DNA of 64,000 nucleotides from contig JAAILG010001332.1 in the NCBI GenBank assembly GCA_012026655.1, forward strand, positions 1 through 64,000, written 5' to 3'. Each line of letters opens with the position of its first letter. Position 1 is the first letter of the stretch. Origin of the DNA: Hydrolagus affinis (taxonomy: Eukaryota). Both the position numbers and the translations under genes were made by a program. Shown in pieces: positions 12,600 to 23,371 of this stretch. The notes beneath the pieces were generated by a model that worked only from the letters and a program-made list of their open reading frames with translations, was not told the origin of the DNA and searched no databases.

Positions 12600-13295
12600 A
12601 ATGAAAATGAAGCCAACATTTTTCTGTTCACTACTTTTAAAATAGAATGTGCATAAACAGGGATGAAATGTTAGGAGATCATTTTTGTTTGCCACTTGTC
12701 CTGGCATTCCTATACTTCCAAACTGGCATACTAACACTTACAGAAAATGGGGCAAAGAGCCCAAATTAGCTTATTAGGATCTTGTTAAAGCTCATTAAGG
12801 AAAATCTCTTACAGCACTGCGCGGCTGGGAAAGTCAGTAACAAGGGAATAATTAACGCCAGGTCAAAGCTGGCGTTTGAGAATTTAATGACGGGAAAAAG
12901 TCACTTAGCAAGGTGGGAGATGTCAATGCTGGGGAGTGTAACAGTCATTTACACAGTTATTCATGCAGTGTCAGAATTAAGTGCTGTCAGCACAACAATG
13001 GTCAGATGCCAAGTGAAGCTCCTTCCACTTTATCCCCAGAACTGCTTCAACCTAAACTCAGAGGAACGATCCAAAATGACTCCTCAAAGTTTCACAGATT
13101 TTGATTTCCCAAACTCAGTTTCATATATTGACACATAAGACCAACTCTTGAATGTCTTTGGCAAACCACTAGGGTCTGCATTAATTTGGATCAAAACCAT
13201 TTCACAGAGATCCCTTATAGTAAATAATAAGCAGAAATTTTGACCTTGATTTAAACCAAGTTGAAAATGTTGTGTTCCAATCCAGTGCAGCAATC
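12600..13295 (-). mobile_element. Decayed L2 ORF2 remnant
   Basis: Minus strand LLHWIGTQHFQL (cf. IESWTRDNFLQLN) and SVKL*GVILD (cf. PVRNLGITFD) are colinear with the young L2. Confidence 0.5.
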
Positions 13296-13704
13296 AATTT
13301 CCCACTGTAGCTATTTCAAATATGATTTTTTTAAATCAAGGGTTAGCTTTATTTTTGCTGTGTGCTGATGTTTATATTTTAAAATCTATGACATTTTGAA
13401 TGGTTATAATATGAGGTGCTTCTAGAAGAAAACTTCACTGAAATCAGCCAATGAGACTACGCATTGAATTCAGCAAACTGTGCATTCAAACTGCATTGAA
13501 TTCAGGCAATGAAACTACACACACTCATCCATCTCTTCAGAAGTATACCGTAGTCTTCCTCACATGTATGGTATATATTGACATCCTTATTGGCCAGTGT
13601 GACTGACACGTTGAGAATCTTACACTTTCCTCTCGGTGCAACTAGTTATCAGGAATTTACAGCATTATTATATTTGCTTGACATAACGTAATAGATTTTG
13701 AAGC

Positions 13705-14015
13705 CCCGTAGTGTAGTGGTTAGTGCGCTCACCTCACAAGTGAGAGGACCCAGATTCAACTCCCAAACTGGGCAAAATCTTGTGAAAGTTTCCTTATTCC
13801 ACACTCCTCTATTTACCTAATAGGAAAGTACAAACCCTAGTTGATGCATCGCTTTTCCAGGGATAATAATTCCTCCCTTCCCACCAAATTGTGGTTACTT
13901 AATCCACAGCTGTTTGTGGATCACTTCTATGTGCAATTCGCTGCCATATTTCGCATGCAAAATACTCAGTCACTAAACTTTACAATGTATTCTGTGAGCG
14001 CTATGAGAATAATAA
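13705..14015 (+). mobile_element. tRNA-derived SINE, long-body variant (diverged)
   Basis: Head gtagtgtagtggttagtgcgctcacctcacaagtgagagg, the same extra body block as the 5808 and 42985 copies, and a Deu-like core. Confidence 0.8.
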
Positions 14016-14029
14016 TACCATAAACACAG

Positions 14030-14290
14030 TCACTGCACTCTGGCTCCAGCCTCCTGCTTGTTTCTGATGCCCTCCATTCCATCATCAGCACTTTTAGCCC
14101 ATAACTTTTCCCCTGTCCCTCCGCCTTACTTTCTCTTTCCTCATTTTTAGGTTGTGCTTGAAGACCTTCCTATTTGGCCATGCCTATAGTCAGCACCCTC
14201 CCGGTTCAACGTCAAGCTCCTTCATTGACAAGCGATCTGGGATAGTACTCTGCATGAGGGGCACTATAGAAATCCAAGTTGCTGTTTACA
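14030..14290 (+). mobile_element. L2 LINE 3' end fragment (diverged)
   Basis: Translates as CLKTFLFGHAYS, with a degenerate 3' hairpin and tail. Confidence 0.7.
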
Positions 14291-14739
14291 GTACTGTATA
14301 TAATGTGAAACCTTCTGAGACATCCACCAGGTAAGAAAAATATTATTAATTATAAGTTATGCCCCTCCTTTCGATATTTTCTTCTTTTCTCAATTTCATG
14401 AACTGAGTTCATTTAGCACATTATGAGGAGAGATTGTAAAGACAAGTCACGCTCTGATTCTGTGCAGCACAATGATAAGATTTTCATTTTTAAAAATTCC
14501 TATCATATCGAAAAGTACCCAATTCTTCCAACAATAATTTAAACTTGTATGGGTGCCTTTCACTTTAAAGAATATCACTTCAATACATGTTTTTCTGTGT
14601 GTGATTTATCTGTTTTTAAAAAAAAAGTGGTAAAGTCATCTTTAGTGCTGGGAAAGGTTTTAAGTGCAGAGGCAGCAGACGTAAGTAATATAAATGATTA
14701 GGAAAGGTCCCCCCACTTGGGATTAGCAGGAAGATCCCA

Positions 14740-15310
14740 ACATCCTGGTGTTCCTCCCTGCTGCTTGATAACATAAGGCATGTGCTGAAGTGTGGTGGGA
14801 GGGAGGATAAATGAGCTGTCCTGGTGAGTGGTCAGGTGTGGGGGTGGAGGGGGGAAGCTCTTATCAGCAGACAGAGGAGTTGCTCTGCAAGAATGAAAAG
14901 CAATTAATGTAATCATCAGACTGGAGCCTGCTCTACATGCCTTTGATAGCAGGGTTCACATACTGAAGTGGGACTGCACCTCCAGGTCACACTCAGACCT
15001 GTGATACTCAGCAACATTGCTCTGAGGGATGTGCTCAGAACTTCTGTTCAAGCAATCCAGACCTAGAGTACTGTATATTCTTTTGGGTGCACATGCTAAT
15101 GTGCATTTTAATGTTCAACTTGCCAAGGGGAAAGCTGAAAGAGATCTAGGGGTGTTAGTTAAGTAGTCTCTCACTATATCAAAACAGTGTGAGACAGCAA
15201 TAAACTAGACAGACAGGATGCTGGCTGTATTGTTAAATCAGTTGAGTTCAGATCCAAGGACATCATACTCAGGCTGTACAGGTCTCTGGTTAAACAACAC
15301 CTAGAGCTTT
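14740..15310 (+). mobile_element. Decayed CR1 LINE: possible ORF1 esterase remnant (14740-15000) plus ORF2 RT C-terminal remnant (15100-15310)
   Basis: ERDLGVLV..SKQCETAIN*TDRML..EFRSKDIILRLYRSLVKQHLE is typical CR1 ORF2. Upstream LVFLPAA / VIIRLEP / VGLHL weakly resemble CR1 ORF1 VCCLPGA / VISGLLP / DGLHL. Confidence 0.6.
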
Positions 15311-15398
15311 AGGACTTCCTCCAGACACGAAATGTGTTTTACAAATGTAATTTTGTTGTTGTAGAATACAGATAAACGCTAGCTAGTCAGATTAATGA

Positions 15399-15554
15399 GA
15401 CAAAAACGCAAAATACTGCAGATGCTGGAAATCTTGAAACAAAAACAGAAGTCGCAGGGAACACTCAGCAGATCAGGCAGCATCTATGGAGAAAGGAAAG
15501 TGAGTCAACGTTTCAGGTCCACGGATTTGCATTCTGACAAAGGGTCACTGAAAT
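15399..15554 (-). mobile_element. Penelope-like element terminus with inverted 5' piece
   Basis: 15399-15524 is the reverse complement of 23755-23876. It is followed at once by plus-strand ttctgacaaagggtcactgaaat (15532-15554), the missing 5' half of the hammerhead-like motif. Confidence 0.8.
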
Positions 15555-15674
15555 GCATTCATGCCTTCATCAGTCAATTGTCCTCACATTCAAAGCCCTC
15601 CATGGCCTCGCCCTATCTCTGCAACCTCCTAACTCCAACAACAACAACAACAAATTGTACTTATAGAGCTCCTT

Positions 15675-17456
15675 TCACGTCAGGAGGACGTCCCAAGGCG
15701 CTGCACAGGAGGTGTGTGACCCGAGCTGGGAGGGGAGTGTTCGGGAGGGGGTAAGAAACGTAGGGGAGGTCGAAGAATTAGGGGGGGAACAGAAGGCATG
15801 GTCGAAAAGGAAAGTCTTCAAACCGGCCTTGAAAGAGGAAAGGGAGGAAACAAGGCGGAGGGATTGGGGGATGGAATTCCAAAGGGTGGGAGTGGAAAAA
15901 CTGAAGGCCCGACCTCCGATGGTGGGGCGGTTCGGGCGGGGGGCTTGGAGCAAGCCAAGTCCTGCTGAACGGAGGGTCCAGGTGGGCTTGTAGGGGGAGA
16001 GTAGGTCGGAAAGATAGGGCGGGGCAAGGCTGTGTAAGGCCTTGAAGGTGAGGACGAGGATCTTGAACTCGATCCTCTGGGGGATGGGGAGCCAATGGAG
16101 ACGGGCGAGGGTGGGGGTTATGTGGTCGCGGAGGCGGGTGCGGGATACTACACAGGCTGCAGAGTTTTGGATGATCTGCAGCCTGTGAATGGAGGAGCTG
16201 GGGAGGCCGACAAGGAGAGAGTTTCCATAGTCCAGCCGTGAGGTGATGTACGCGTGCACGAGTGTTTCGGCAGCGTGGGGAGTGAGATAGTTGCGGAGCC
16301 TGGCAATGTTGCGCAGGTGGAAATAGGCAGTGCCGGTCAAGGCGCGGATGTGGGGGAGGAAGGAGAGTTTGGGGTCGAACGTGATGCCGAGGTTCCTGAC
16401 TGGCTTTGTGGGTTGGAGAGTACAGCCTTGGATGTTGATGCTGGCAGCGCCCGATGTGCGGAGGCGCTGGCTTGAGCCAATCAGGAGGGCCTCGGTCTTG
16501 CTTACGTTCAATTGGAGGAAATTGTCCCTCGTCCAGGACTCGATGTCGGACAAACATGCTGTCAGAACATCGATGGTCTGGGGGTTGAGGGATGAGGCGG
16601 AGAGGTACTGCTGGGTGTCGTCTGCATACATGTGGAAGTTTACACCATGTTTGCGGATGACATTGCCCAGAGGGAGCATGTATATGGTGAAAAGGAGGGG
16701 GCCAAGGACAGAGCCTTGGGGAACGCCATGAGAGACTATACGGTGGTTTGAGGAAAAGCTATTGGAGGATATGAAATGTAGGCGGTGGGTTAGGTAGGAG
16801 TGGAACCATTCAAGGACTGTGCCTTGAAGGTTGAGGTGGGAAGAAAGGCGTTGGAGGAGGATAGTGTGATCGACTGTGTCGAACGCAGCAGACAAATCAA
16901 GGAGGACGAGGAGGTAGAGGGAACCCTGGTCACAGGCGGTTAGGATGTCATTAGTAACCTTGACCAGGGCAGTTTCCGTGCTGTGAGCAGGGCGGAAACC
17001 TGATTGGAGGGGTTCAAGGAGTGAGTGAGTTGAGAGGAAAGAGCGGAGCTGGGAGGCAACCACTCTTTCAAGGACCTTAGAAAGGAACGGGAGGTTGGAG
17101 ATGNNNNNNNNNNNNNNNNNNNNNNNNNNNNNNNNNNNNNNNNNNNNNNNNNNNNNNNNNNNNNNNNNNNNNNNNNNNNNNNNNNNNNNNNNNNNNNNNN
17201 NNNCAGAGATGAACGGGGCCAGGAGGTGGAGCTGGGTGCGGAGGAGGGGGGTGGGGATGGGGTCCAGTGAACACGTGGTGGGTTTCATGGAAGTGATTGT
17301 TCTTGTGACTGAGGACGGGGAGGTGGGGGTGAAAGTGTAAAAAGGAGGGTGGGTGGGGGGTGGAGTAACGGATGGAAGGGCGGAGGTGGGGGAAAGATGG
17401 GGGGAGGAAACCGCAGAATGGATTCTCTCGATTTTGGACTCGAGGAAGTCCAGCAT
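15675..17456 (-). CDS. Partial ORF2 of L2 LINE: reverse transcriptase domain and C-terminal region; endonuclease absent
   Basis: Non-LTR RT motifs ISNLPFLSKVLE, QSGFRPAHSTETAL, LLDLSAAFDTVDH, GVPQGSVLGPLLF, YADD and RNLG. L2-type C-terminus SRLDY..HITPTLARLHWLP..RAFS..LWN. The ORF spans a 100-N gap and its Met start is not the true start. Confidence 0.93.
   Translation of the reverse strand: MLDFLESKIERIHSAVSSPHLSPTSALPSVTPPPTHPPFYTFTPTSPSSVTRTITSMKPTTCSLDPIPTPLLRTQLHLLAPFISXXXXXXXXXXXXXXXXXXXXXXXXXXXXXXXXXXISNLPFLSKVLERVVASQLRSFLSTHSLLEPLQSGFRPAHSTETALVKVTNDILTACDQGSLYLLVLLDLSAAFDTVDHTILLQRLSSHLNLQGTVLEWFHSYLTHRLHFISSNSFSSNHRIVSHGVPQGSVLGPLLFTIYMLPLGNVIRKHGVNFHMYADDTQQYLSASSLNPQTIDVLTACLSDIESWTRDNFLQLNVSKTEALLIGSSQRLRTSGAASINIQGCTLQPTKPVRNLGITFDPKLSFLPHIRALTGTAYFHLRNIARLRNYLTPHAAETLVHAYITSRLDYGNSLLVGLPSSSIHRLQIIQNSAACVVSRTRLRDHITPTLARLHWLPIPQRIEFKILVLTFKALHSLAPPYLSDLLSPYKPTWTLRSAGLGLLQAPRPNRPTIGGRAFSFSTPTLWNSIPQSLRLVSSLSSFKAGLKTFLFDHAFCSPPNSSTSPTFLTPSRTLPSQLGSHTSCAAPWDVLLT
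17104..17203. other. Assembly gap (100 N)
   Basis: Run of N. Confidence 1.
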
Positions 17457-18164
17457 CTCCTCACAACGTGCATTAGAGGAGAGGATCTGCGAAGCGAGGC
17501 GGGGGAGGGGGTGGGGGGGCGGAGGAGCTGGTTGCTCCCTACAAACATGCCCGCTACTTCTGCTCCCAAGGCCTGTTCCATGTCTCCCGACCCACCCACC
17601 CCACCATCGGTGTTCGAGCCTTCAGCCACTCTGCCCCTAACCTCTGGAATTGCATCCCGAATCCCTGCAACTCACCCACTCCCTGGCCTCCTTCTAGTGC
17701 CACCTCAAGACTCTCCTCTTCGACGGTCCCATCGGCCACCAAAAATCCTGTCATTTCACTCCACTCTCCCCGATTCCGACCCCAGCTCAGATCTAAAACA
17801 TTGAGTGTCTAGCGCCTTGGGATGTCCTCCTGACTGAAAGGCACCATCTAAATGTAATTTGGTGGTGGTGCATGTGTTAATGGGTCTATATTACACCAAT
17901 TCACTCTGACATTAGAATGGAAATTCACATTGAATTCTTTTATTTTGGTCAGCTGGGTGTATGACCCATGCGGAAACCCACAAGAAGCTGTAGAGTATCC
18001 AAGCCAAAATGGGAGACTCATGCATCCCACCAATACATAAAACCTCCCAAAATAATTAAAGTCAATGAATTATTCACATTTTCCTTTATTTTGGTGACCA
18101 ATGAGATAGATCCAATTGTCATTATTCATATGTTTACTATACAAATGAATAGCAAACGTGAAGA

Positions 18165-18480
18165 CCTGTAGCTCAGTGGTTAGAGCACTCGCCTTACAAG
18201 CGTGGGACCTGTGTTCGAATCTAGGCAGGGAGAATCCATGGGCAAGATTCCTTACTCTACATGTCTAATAATAATCCCTCAAATAAAATAATAATAAATT
18301 GGTCATTTTAATCCACGACTGTTTGTGGGACACTGCTGTGCACAATTGGCTGCTGCGTTTCGTCCACAAATATACAGCCAATTCTCTTTACAGTATATTC
18401 TGTGAAGTGCTTTGAGACATCTAGAAGACATGAAAAGCACAATATCAAATGCAACTATTGTTATATATTATTATTATTAC
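18165..18480 (+). mobile_element. Full-length tRNA-Deu-L2 SINE
   Basis: Pol III A box tagctcagtgg, B box gttcgaatc, Deu-like core gctgtgcacaattggctgctgcgtttc, 3' hairpin and (ATT)n tail. Confidence 0.93.
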
Positions 18481-18640
18481 AAATGTACTTTGTTGTATTA
18501 TTATTACAAATGTACTTTGTTGTTATTGTTATTGTTATTCAGATAAGTATGAATCCTTGTACAGTATGTATAACTGTTGCTATTTGCATACTGTAATGTT
18601 TCTGAGTATATGAATGTTTGGGAGTAACTTTACTATTATG

Positions 18641-18926
18641 TTGTAGCTCAGTGGTTGGAGCACTCGCCTTATAAGCGTGAGACCTGTGTTCAAATCTAGG
18701 CAGGTCAGGGCAAAATCATGGGCAAGTTTCCTTACTCCACATGCCTAATAATAATCCCTCAAAAAAAAACTCACAATAATAACTGCTGTGCACAATTGGC
18801 TACCGCGTTTCACCCACAAATATACAGTCAATTCACTTAATTCACATACGTAAATTCTGTGAAGCACTTTGCGATGTCTAGAAGACGTGAAAAGTGATAT
18901 ATCAAATGCAAGGATTATTATTTATT
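18641..18926 (+). mobile_element. tRNA-Deu-L2 SINE (second copy in tandem, small internal deletion)
   Basis: Same head, core and tail as the 18165 copy. Confidence 0.92.
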
Positions 18927-19481
18927 GACTTTTCAACCATCCTGATAAAAAATATTTTAAAATGATATATTTTAAACAGTTAGAGACATAAAATGTTTTC
19001 TTTATACAGAACTAATCTCTCGATGTTCTCAGGAATTACAATGTCTGATAATTTTGTGTTGCTAATAATTTTTAGTGTAATTAAATCTGGTTCCTCTCAC
19101 ATATTGATAGTAATGTATTGCCCTAGTTTGCTTACAAATACAAAAATTTAAAAAACACTTCTCGGAAGCTTTGTGAAGTGCTTTGAGTCATTCTTAATGT
19201 TACCGGTACTATGTCAAATACAAAAATGACTATTAAAAATATATAAACTTGCAGTTGCAGACAAAAAGACATTGGTGTACTACATCTTTTTCATCAAAAT
19301 AAAAGGCAAGTTGCTGAGTGTTTATAATTTCAGGAAGTACTAAACAATTAATTGTAACATTAGCATTTAAGTAATCTCATAAGACCTTTAGAGAAAACAG
19401 CTTTTATAAAGTGACATGTACAACCACTCCCTGTGTTGAGTGCCACCACTGTTGTAGATGTGAGCAACACATCTATTTGTG

Positions 19482-19890
19482 CCCTGTGTAACACTCTCAT
19501 CTCTGAGTAAGTGGGTTCAAGCTCCACATCAGGGCGTAATTCACATTGTCTAACCTGACACTCAAGTACAGTGTCGGGGTTGTGCAGCATTGTTGGAGGT
19601 GCCATGCTTCAGGTGAGATGTTAAACCAAAGCCCTGTCTACCTGTTCAGGTGAATGTTAAAGATCCCATGAAACTTCCAAAAGAGAAGAGAGTTTCTCCC
19701 AGTGATCTAGCTAAACAATCCCCCAAATAAAATTGGTCATTCACTTCCTGGCTGTGTATGGCACAATGCTGTGCACAAATTGGCTGCTGCGTTTGTCCAC
19801 AAATATATTTTACAGTAGATCTTGTGAAGCAATTTGGGAAGTCTTCTTGATGTGATAGATGCTATACCAACTATAAGGATGATAATTATT
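19482..19890 (+). mobile_element. SacSINE1-like DeuSINE
   Basis: Contains acactctcatctctgagt..gggttcaagc, gttggaggtgcc..gatgttaaacc..gttaaagatcccatg, a Deu core and an L2-like tail. Confidence 0.82.
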
Positions 19891-20033
19891 ATGCACCAAT
19901 ATAAATCTTTGTGCTGACCATACATTTATGTCTTTCTAATGGTTGGGTATCCTTGCTACACAAACATGTTAGCCATGAATGATATAATCAATAGGCTGTG
20001 CTACATAGCATCATGTGTATCATTTCAATATTA

Positions 20034-20784
20034 CCGTAAATACCCGCGTATAAGGCGCACTCGCGTATAAGGCGCACCCCCCACTTTTGACCTTTTCTTG
20101 GTGAAAAAAAACGGAAGCATTTTTGATGATATTGCCTGCAGAAGGGAGGGAGGCAGGAGAGACAGATAGGGAGGGAGAGAGGGAGGCAGGCAGGCAGGCA
20201 GGGAGGGAGGGAGAGAGAGAGGGAGGCAGGCAGGCAGGCAGCCAGGGAGGGAGAGGGNNNNNNNNNNNNNNNNNNNNNNNNNNNNNNNNNNNNNNNNNNN
20301 NNNNNNNNNNNNNNNNNNNNNNNNNNNNNNNNNNNNNNNNNNNNNNNNNNNNNNNNNNNNNNNNNNNNNNNNNNNNNNNNNNNNNNNNNNNNNNNNNNNN
20401 NNNNNNNNNNNNNNNNNNNNNNNNNNNNNNNNNNNNNNNNNNNNNNNNNNNNNNNNNNNNNNNNNNNNNNNNNNNNNNNNNNNNNNNNNNNNNNNNNNNN
20501 NNNNNNNNNNNNNNNNNNNNNNNNNAGGCAGGCAGCAGGCACGGCACTGAAGTCTGCTGCTGCTGCCGTTGCCCAGGCGGCCGAGGCCGAAGCCCCATCA
20601 CCCACTCCCCCCAACCCCCGCCGGACACAGTGACCAAACCCCGGCTGACAGCGCGCCGCCCGCCCCTCCTGTTTACTGTATTTCCGAGGCTCAAAATTTC
20701 TTGTACCTGCGTATAGGGCGCACCCCCAACTTTCGAGATCTTCCGACGTGAAAAAAAGTGCGCCTTATACGCGGAGATTTACGG
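20034..20784. mobile_element. Non-autonomous Tc1/mariner-superfamily (Tc2/pogo-like) DNA transposon
   Basis: 28-bp TIRs ccgtaaatacccgcgtataaggcgcact / agtgcgccttatacgcggagatttacgg (2 mismatches). TA duplication at 20032-33 and 20785-86. CCGTA termini are characteristic of the Tc2 group. Confidence 0.92.
20143..20535. repeat. Purine-rich (GGCA/GGGA/GAGA)n tract inside the Tc2-like element, containing assembly gap 20258-20525
   Basis: gggaggcaggcaggcagggagggaggga reiterations flank the N run. Confidence 0.9.
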
Positions 20785-21198
20785 TAATTGAAATCTAAAT
20801 TTAAAACAGCCCAACCATAAATAAAGCAATGACCACCCAAGTATTTTGTCCTTCATCTCTCCTGCTGGGCAACAATAATGGATGATCAGTGCAAAGTGGA
20901 GTCAGCAAACGAACACAAAACCTTGACAGTTTTACTACTGAGCATTTGTCGTAAAGTGTGGGTCAGTTCTTCGGATGTTTCTGTGTGATTGTCCATTGGT
21001 GTCTCACAACAAATGGATTCAGCTGAATCTGCATTTCAAATCATAGAAAGAGGAACATAAATGAGCCTACCAGACTCTAGTTTCTGTTTAACAAATATTT
21101 ACTCAGATAGAACAGGGTTCACAAACAACAGATATTTGTATAGCAGCAAATGGGATTAACTCACTAAAGAGTTGTGCTCAAATGTTAAAACTCTTGTG

Positions 21199-21563
21199 TC
21201 AGCCTGGCTCAGTTGGAAGCACTCTCACCTCTAAATCAGAAGGTTTAGGGTTCAAATCGCTTGTTGGTACTTTGAGTTCATACAGTCATCATATTGTATG
21301 TGCAGTGCTGGGGGAGGTGTCAACTTTGGATAAATTGGTAAACCAAGGTCCTGTCTGCCAATTCAGATGAACATTAAACATCCCACAGGACTATTGAAAG
21401 AGAAGGAAATTTCTCCTGTATACTAGCCAACAGATAATGTACTTCATGACATTGCTATACACTTGCTGCATTTGCCTATAAATACACCACACTTTACAGT
21501 AAAGTGCTTTGAGGTGTTTTAATGATATGATAAGACACTGTATCAAATGCAAAGATTATTACT
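21199..21563 (+). mobile_element. SacSINE1-like DeuSINE
   Basis: tRNA head tggctcagttggaagcactctcacctct..gggttcaaatc, with body and tail as in the 19482 copy. Confidence 0.8.
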
Positions 21564-22804
21564 GTTTCATTATTGCTTCACAGAATCAACAGATCCACAT
21601 ATTGTCTTATGTTTTTCCATTTTTACTGCATTAAATAGGCAACGACCATTAGCTTCCAATTCTGACTCACTCTTTCCTCCAGATTCAAGAGTGTGGAAAT
21701 CCTTCCAATTCTCCCACAATCTACAGGCTCTTAAACCCCATGGTTGACTCATCTTCTTAACTTATCTCATTGTTTCTCCTTCTCTGTCATCTCTGGTTGT
21801 GCTTTGCCATATGGGACTTGGCCCTGCACCCATGTTCCTCAGTAAAAATAGGATGATACCCAGCTTGGCCATGCAGGTGTCACAAAACTTTTCAAATCAT
21901 TTATCCCCCGTGGCTATTTTATATGATATATATAAACAGTTGTACACAATTTAGATTATACGATTTCACAAAAACATGTATAATTATTTGTAAAAGTAAT
22001 AATGTTTTGTTGGTATATTTTTGCAAATTAGCTCCTTCCGCAAGATACAATGATACTGCATAACCTGCAAAGCAATGAGCAGCAGAATCATTGGTGTACC
22101 ACTATAATAATTTCCAATGGAAAATAAAGTGATGCAATGTATTATTATATATCTGAGAACAAATATGTCAGCTCTGACATTAGGAGATACAGTTTTAAGA
22201 CTCATTCTGAATACTGTATGTTGTAAACTGCACATAATGGAAGATTTTAGTCACAGGAGATAATTCAAACAGTGTCTTCATTTATTATATCTGTGCCCTA
22301 ATGATTGGCTCCACTGACAGATTTGGAGAATGTGTGGAACAATATTCCTGCTCAAATAAACAGAGGACGATGATTCAGATGGGGAAATCCAGCCAAAATC
22401 CAGATTTCCACCCAACTTTCCATTTCCTTCTGGCAGGAAACAAGTGGAGACTTTGCACAGATTGGAAGATTCCTCTTTCTAAATTATCCTAATTGTGGGT
22501 TTCAAAAGACTCAAGAGATAATCGAGAATTCTGCCAGTGATTTTTGATATTCTGGATGCAGTTTGATTTTACAGATGTTAAAAGTGAATGTTAAAACCAT
22601 CCAGATTGAAGCAGGGAGTAGAACATGACTAAACTCAGCATGAGATGTAGTGCACAAGGCCAGTGAGGATTAGACAGGAACAGAAGATATGAGAAAACCA
22701 AAGAAAATGTATTGCAAGTGCAACGGATTGCTCTTAAAGGAAATGTAATCAAAGGTAGAGAAGACAGAATACGGCAAACTTGCCAAAACATGACTAGTAA
22801 TAAA

Positions 22805-23086
22805 GTTATAGAATCATACAATTTTAGCATTATACAGCATAGGCTGTATAATTTGGCTTATCAAACCCTTTGAAAGAGCTATCCAAATTAATCCCACTCG
22901 CCCGCTCTTTCCCTATAGCGTTGCAAATTTATTCTCCTGAAATATCTATTCATTTCTCTCTTGAAAGTTGTGCTTCCACCACCCTTTCAGGCAGTGCACT
23001 ACAGATCGAAACATCTCGCTGTGCACAACTAATTTCTCCTCATGTCTTGGTTCACTTGTTTCTTTTGACAACTATCTTGAATTTGT
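22805..23086 (-). mobile_element. CR1 LINE 3' end
   Basis: Antisense CR1 terminal sequence (gagctatccaaattaatcccactc..ttccaccaccctttcaggcagtgc). Homologous to sense copies at 26430-26535, 35900-36080 and 50230-50485. Confidence 0.8.
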
Positions 23087-23371
23087 GGAGTCCTGTAGTT
23101 CAGTGGTTAGAGTACTCACCTTACAATCGAGAGACCTGGGTTCGAATCTAGGCTGGTTGAAAACTTGGGCAAGTTTATTTACTCCACTCGCTTGATAATA
23201 ATCCCTAAAACAAAATTGGGTAATTTCACTCCAAAACTGTTTGTGGGACACTGCTGTGCGCAATTGGCTGCTGCGTTTCAGCCACATATAAACAGCCAAT
23301 TCACTTTTAGTTTTGTTTAAACCCACCCCTTTTTGTTTCACCTTTTGTATTACCTCTTTAATGGAACACTA

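Larger units (their letters stand above)
15637..17534 (-). mobile_element. Young 5'-truncated L2-clade LINE (~1.9 kb)
   Basis: GC-rich and CpG-retaining, with an open RT frame, 3' hairpin and (TTG)n tail. ctcc occurs at both ends (15633-15636, 17535-17538) as a possible 4-bp target duplication. Confidence 0.95.
15555..17870 (+). mobile_element. Older L2 3' fragment split into 15555-15636 and 17535-17870 by a younger antisense L2
   Basis: The left part reads VLTFKALHGL..YLCNLLT. The right part continues PYK..GLFHVSRPTHPTIGVRAFSHSAPNLWN through to the hairpin and a (GGT)n tail. Confidence 0.85.

Noticed and set aside
15712-17804. Many overlapping Pro/Gly/Arg-rich ORFs
   Set aside because: They are alternative-frame and antisense by-products of the GC-rich L2 sequence.
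18165-18240. tRNA genes at SINE heads (also 27841, 39275, 48842 and others)
   Set aside because: A and B boxes are present, but there is no acceptor stem or poly-T terminator, and each head continues into the SINE body.
19988-20751. ORFs of about 200 aa as a transposase or gene
   Set aside because: They are open only because of the N gap and low-complexity sequence. No DDE or HTH motifs are visible.
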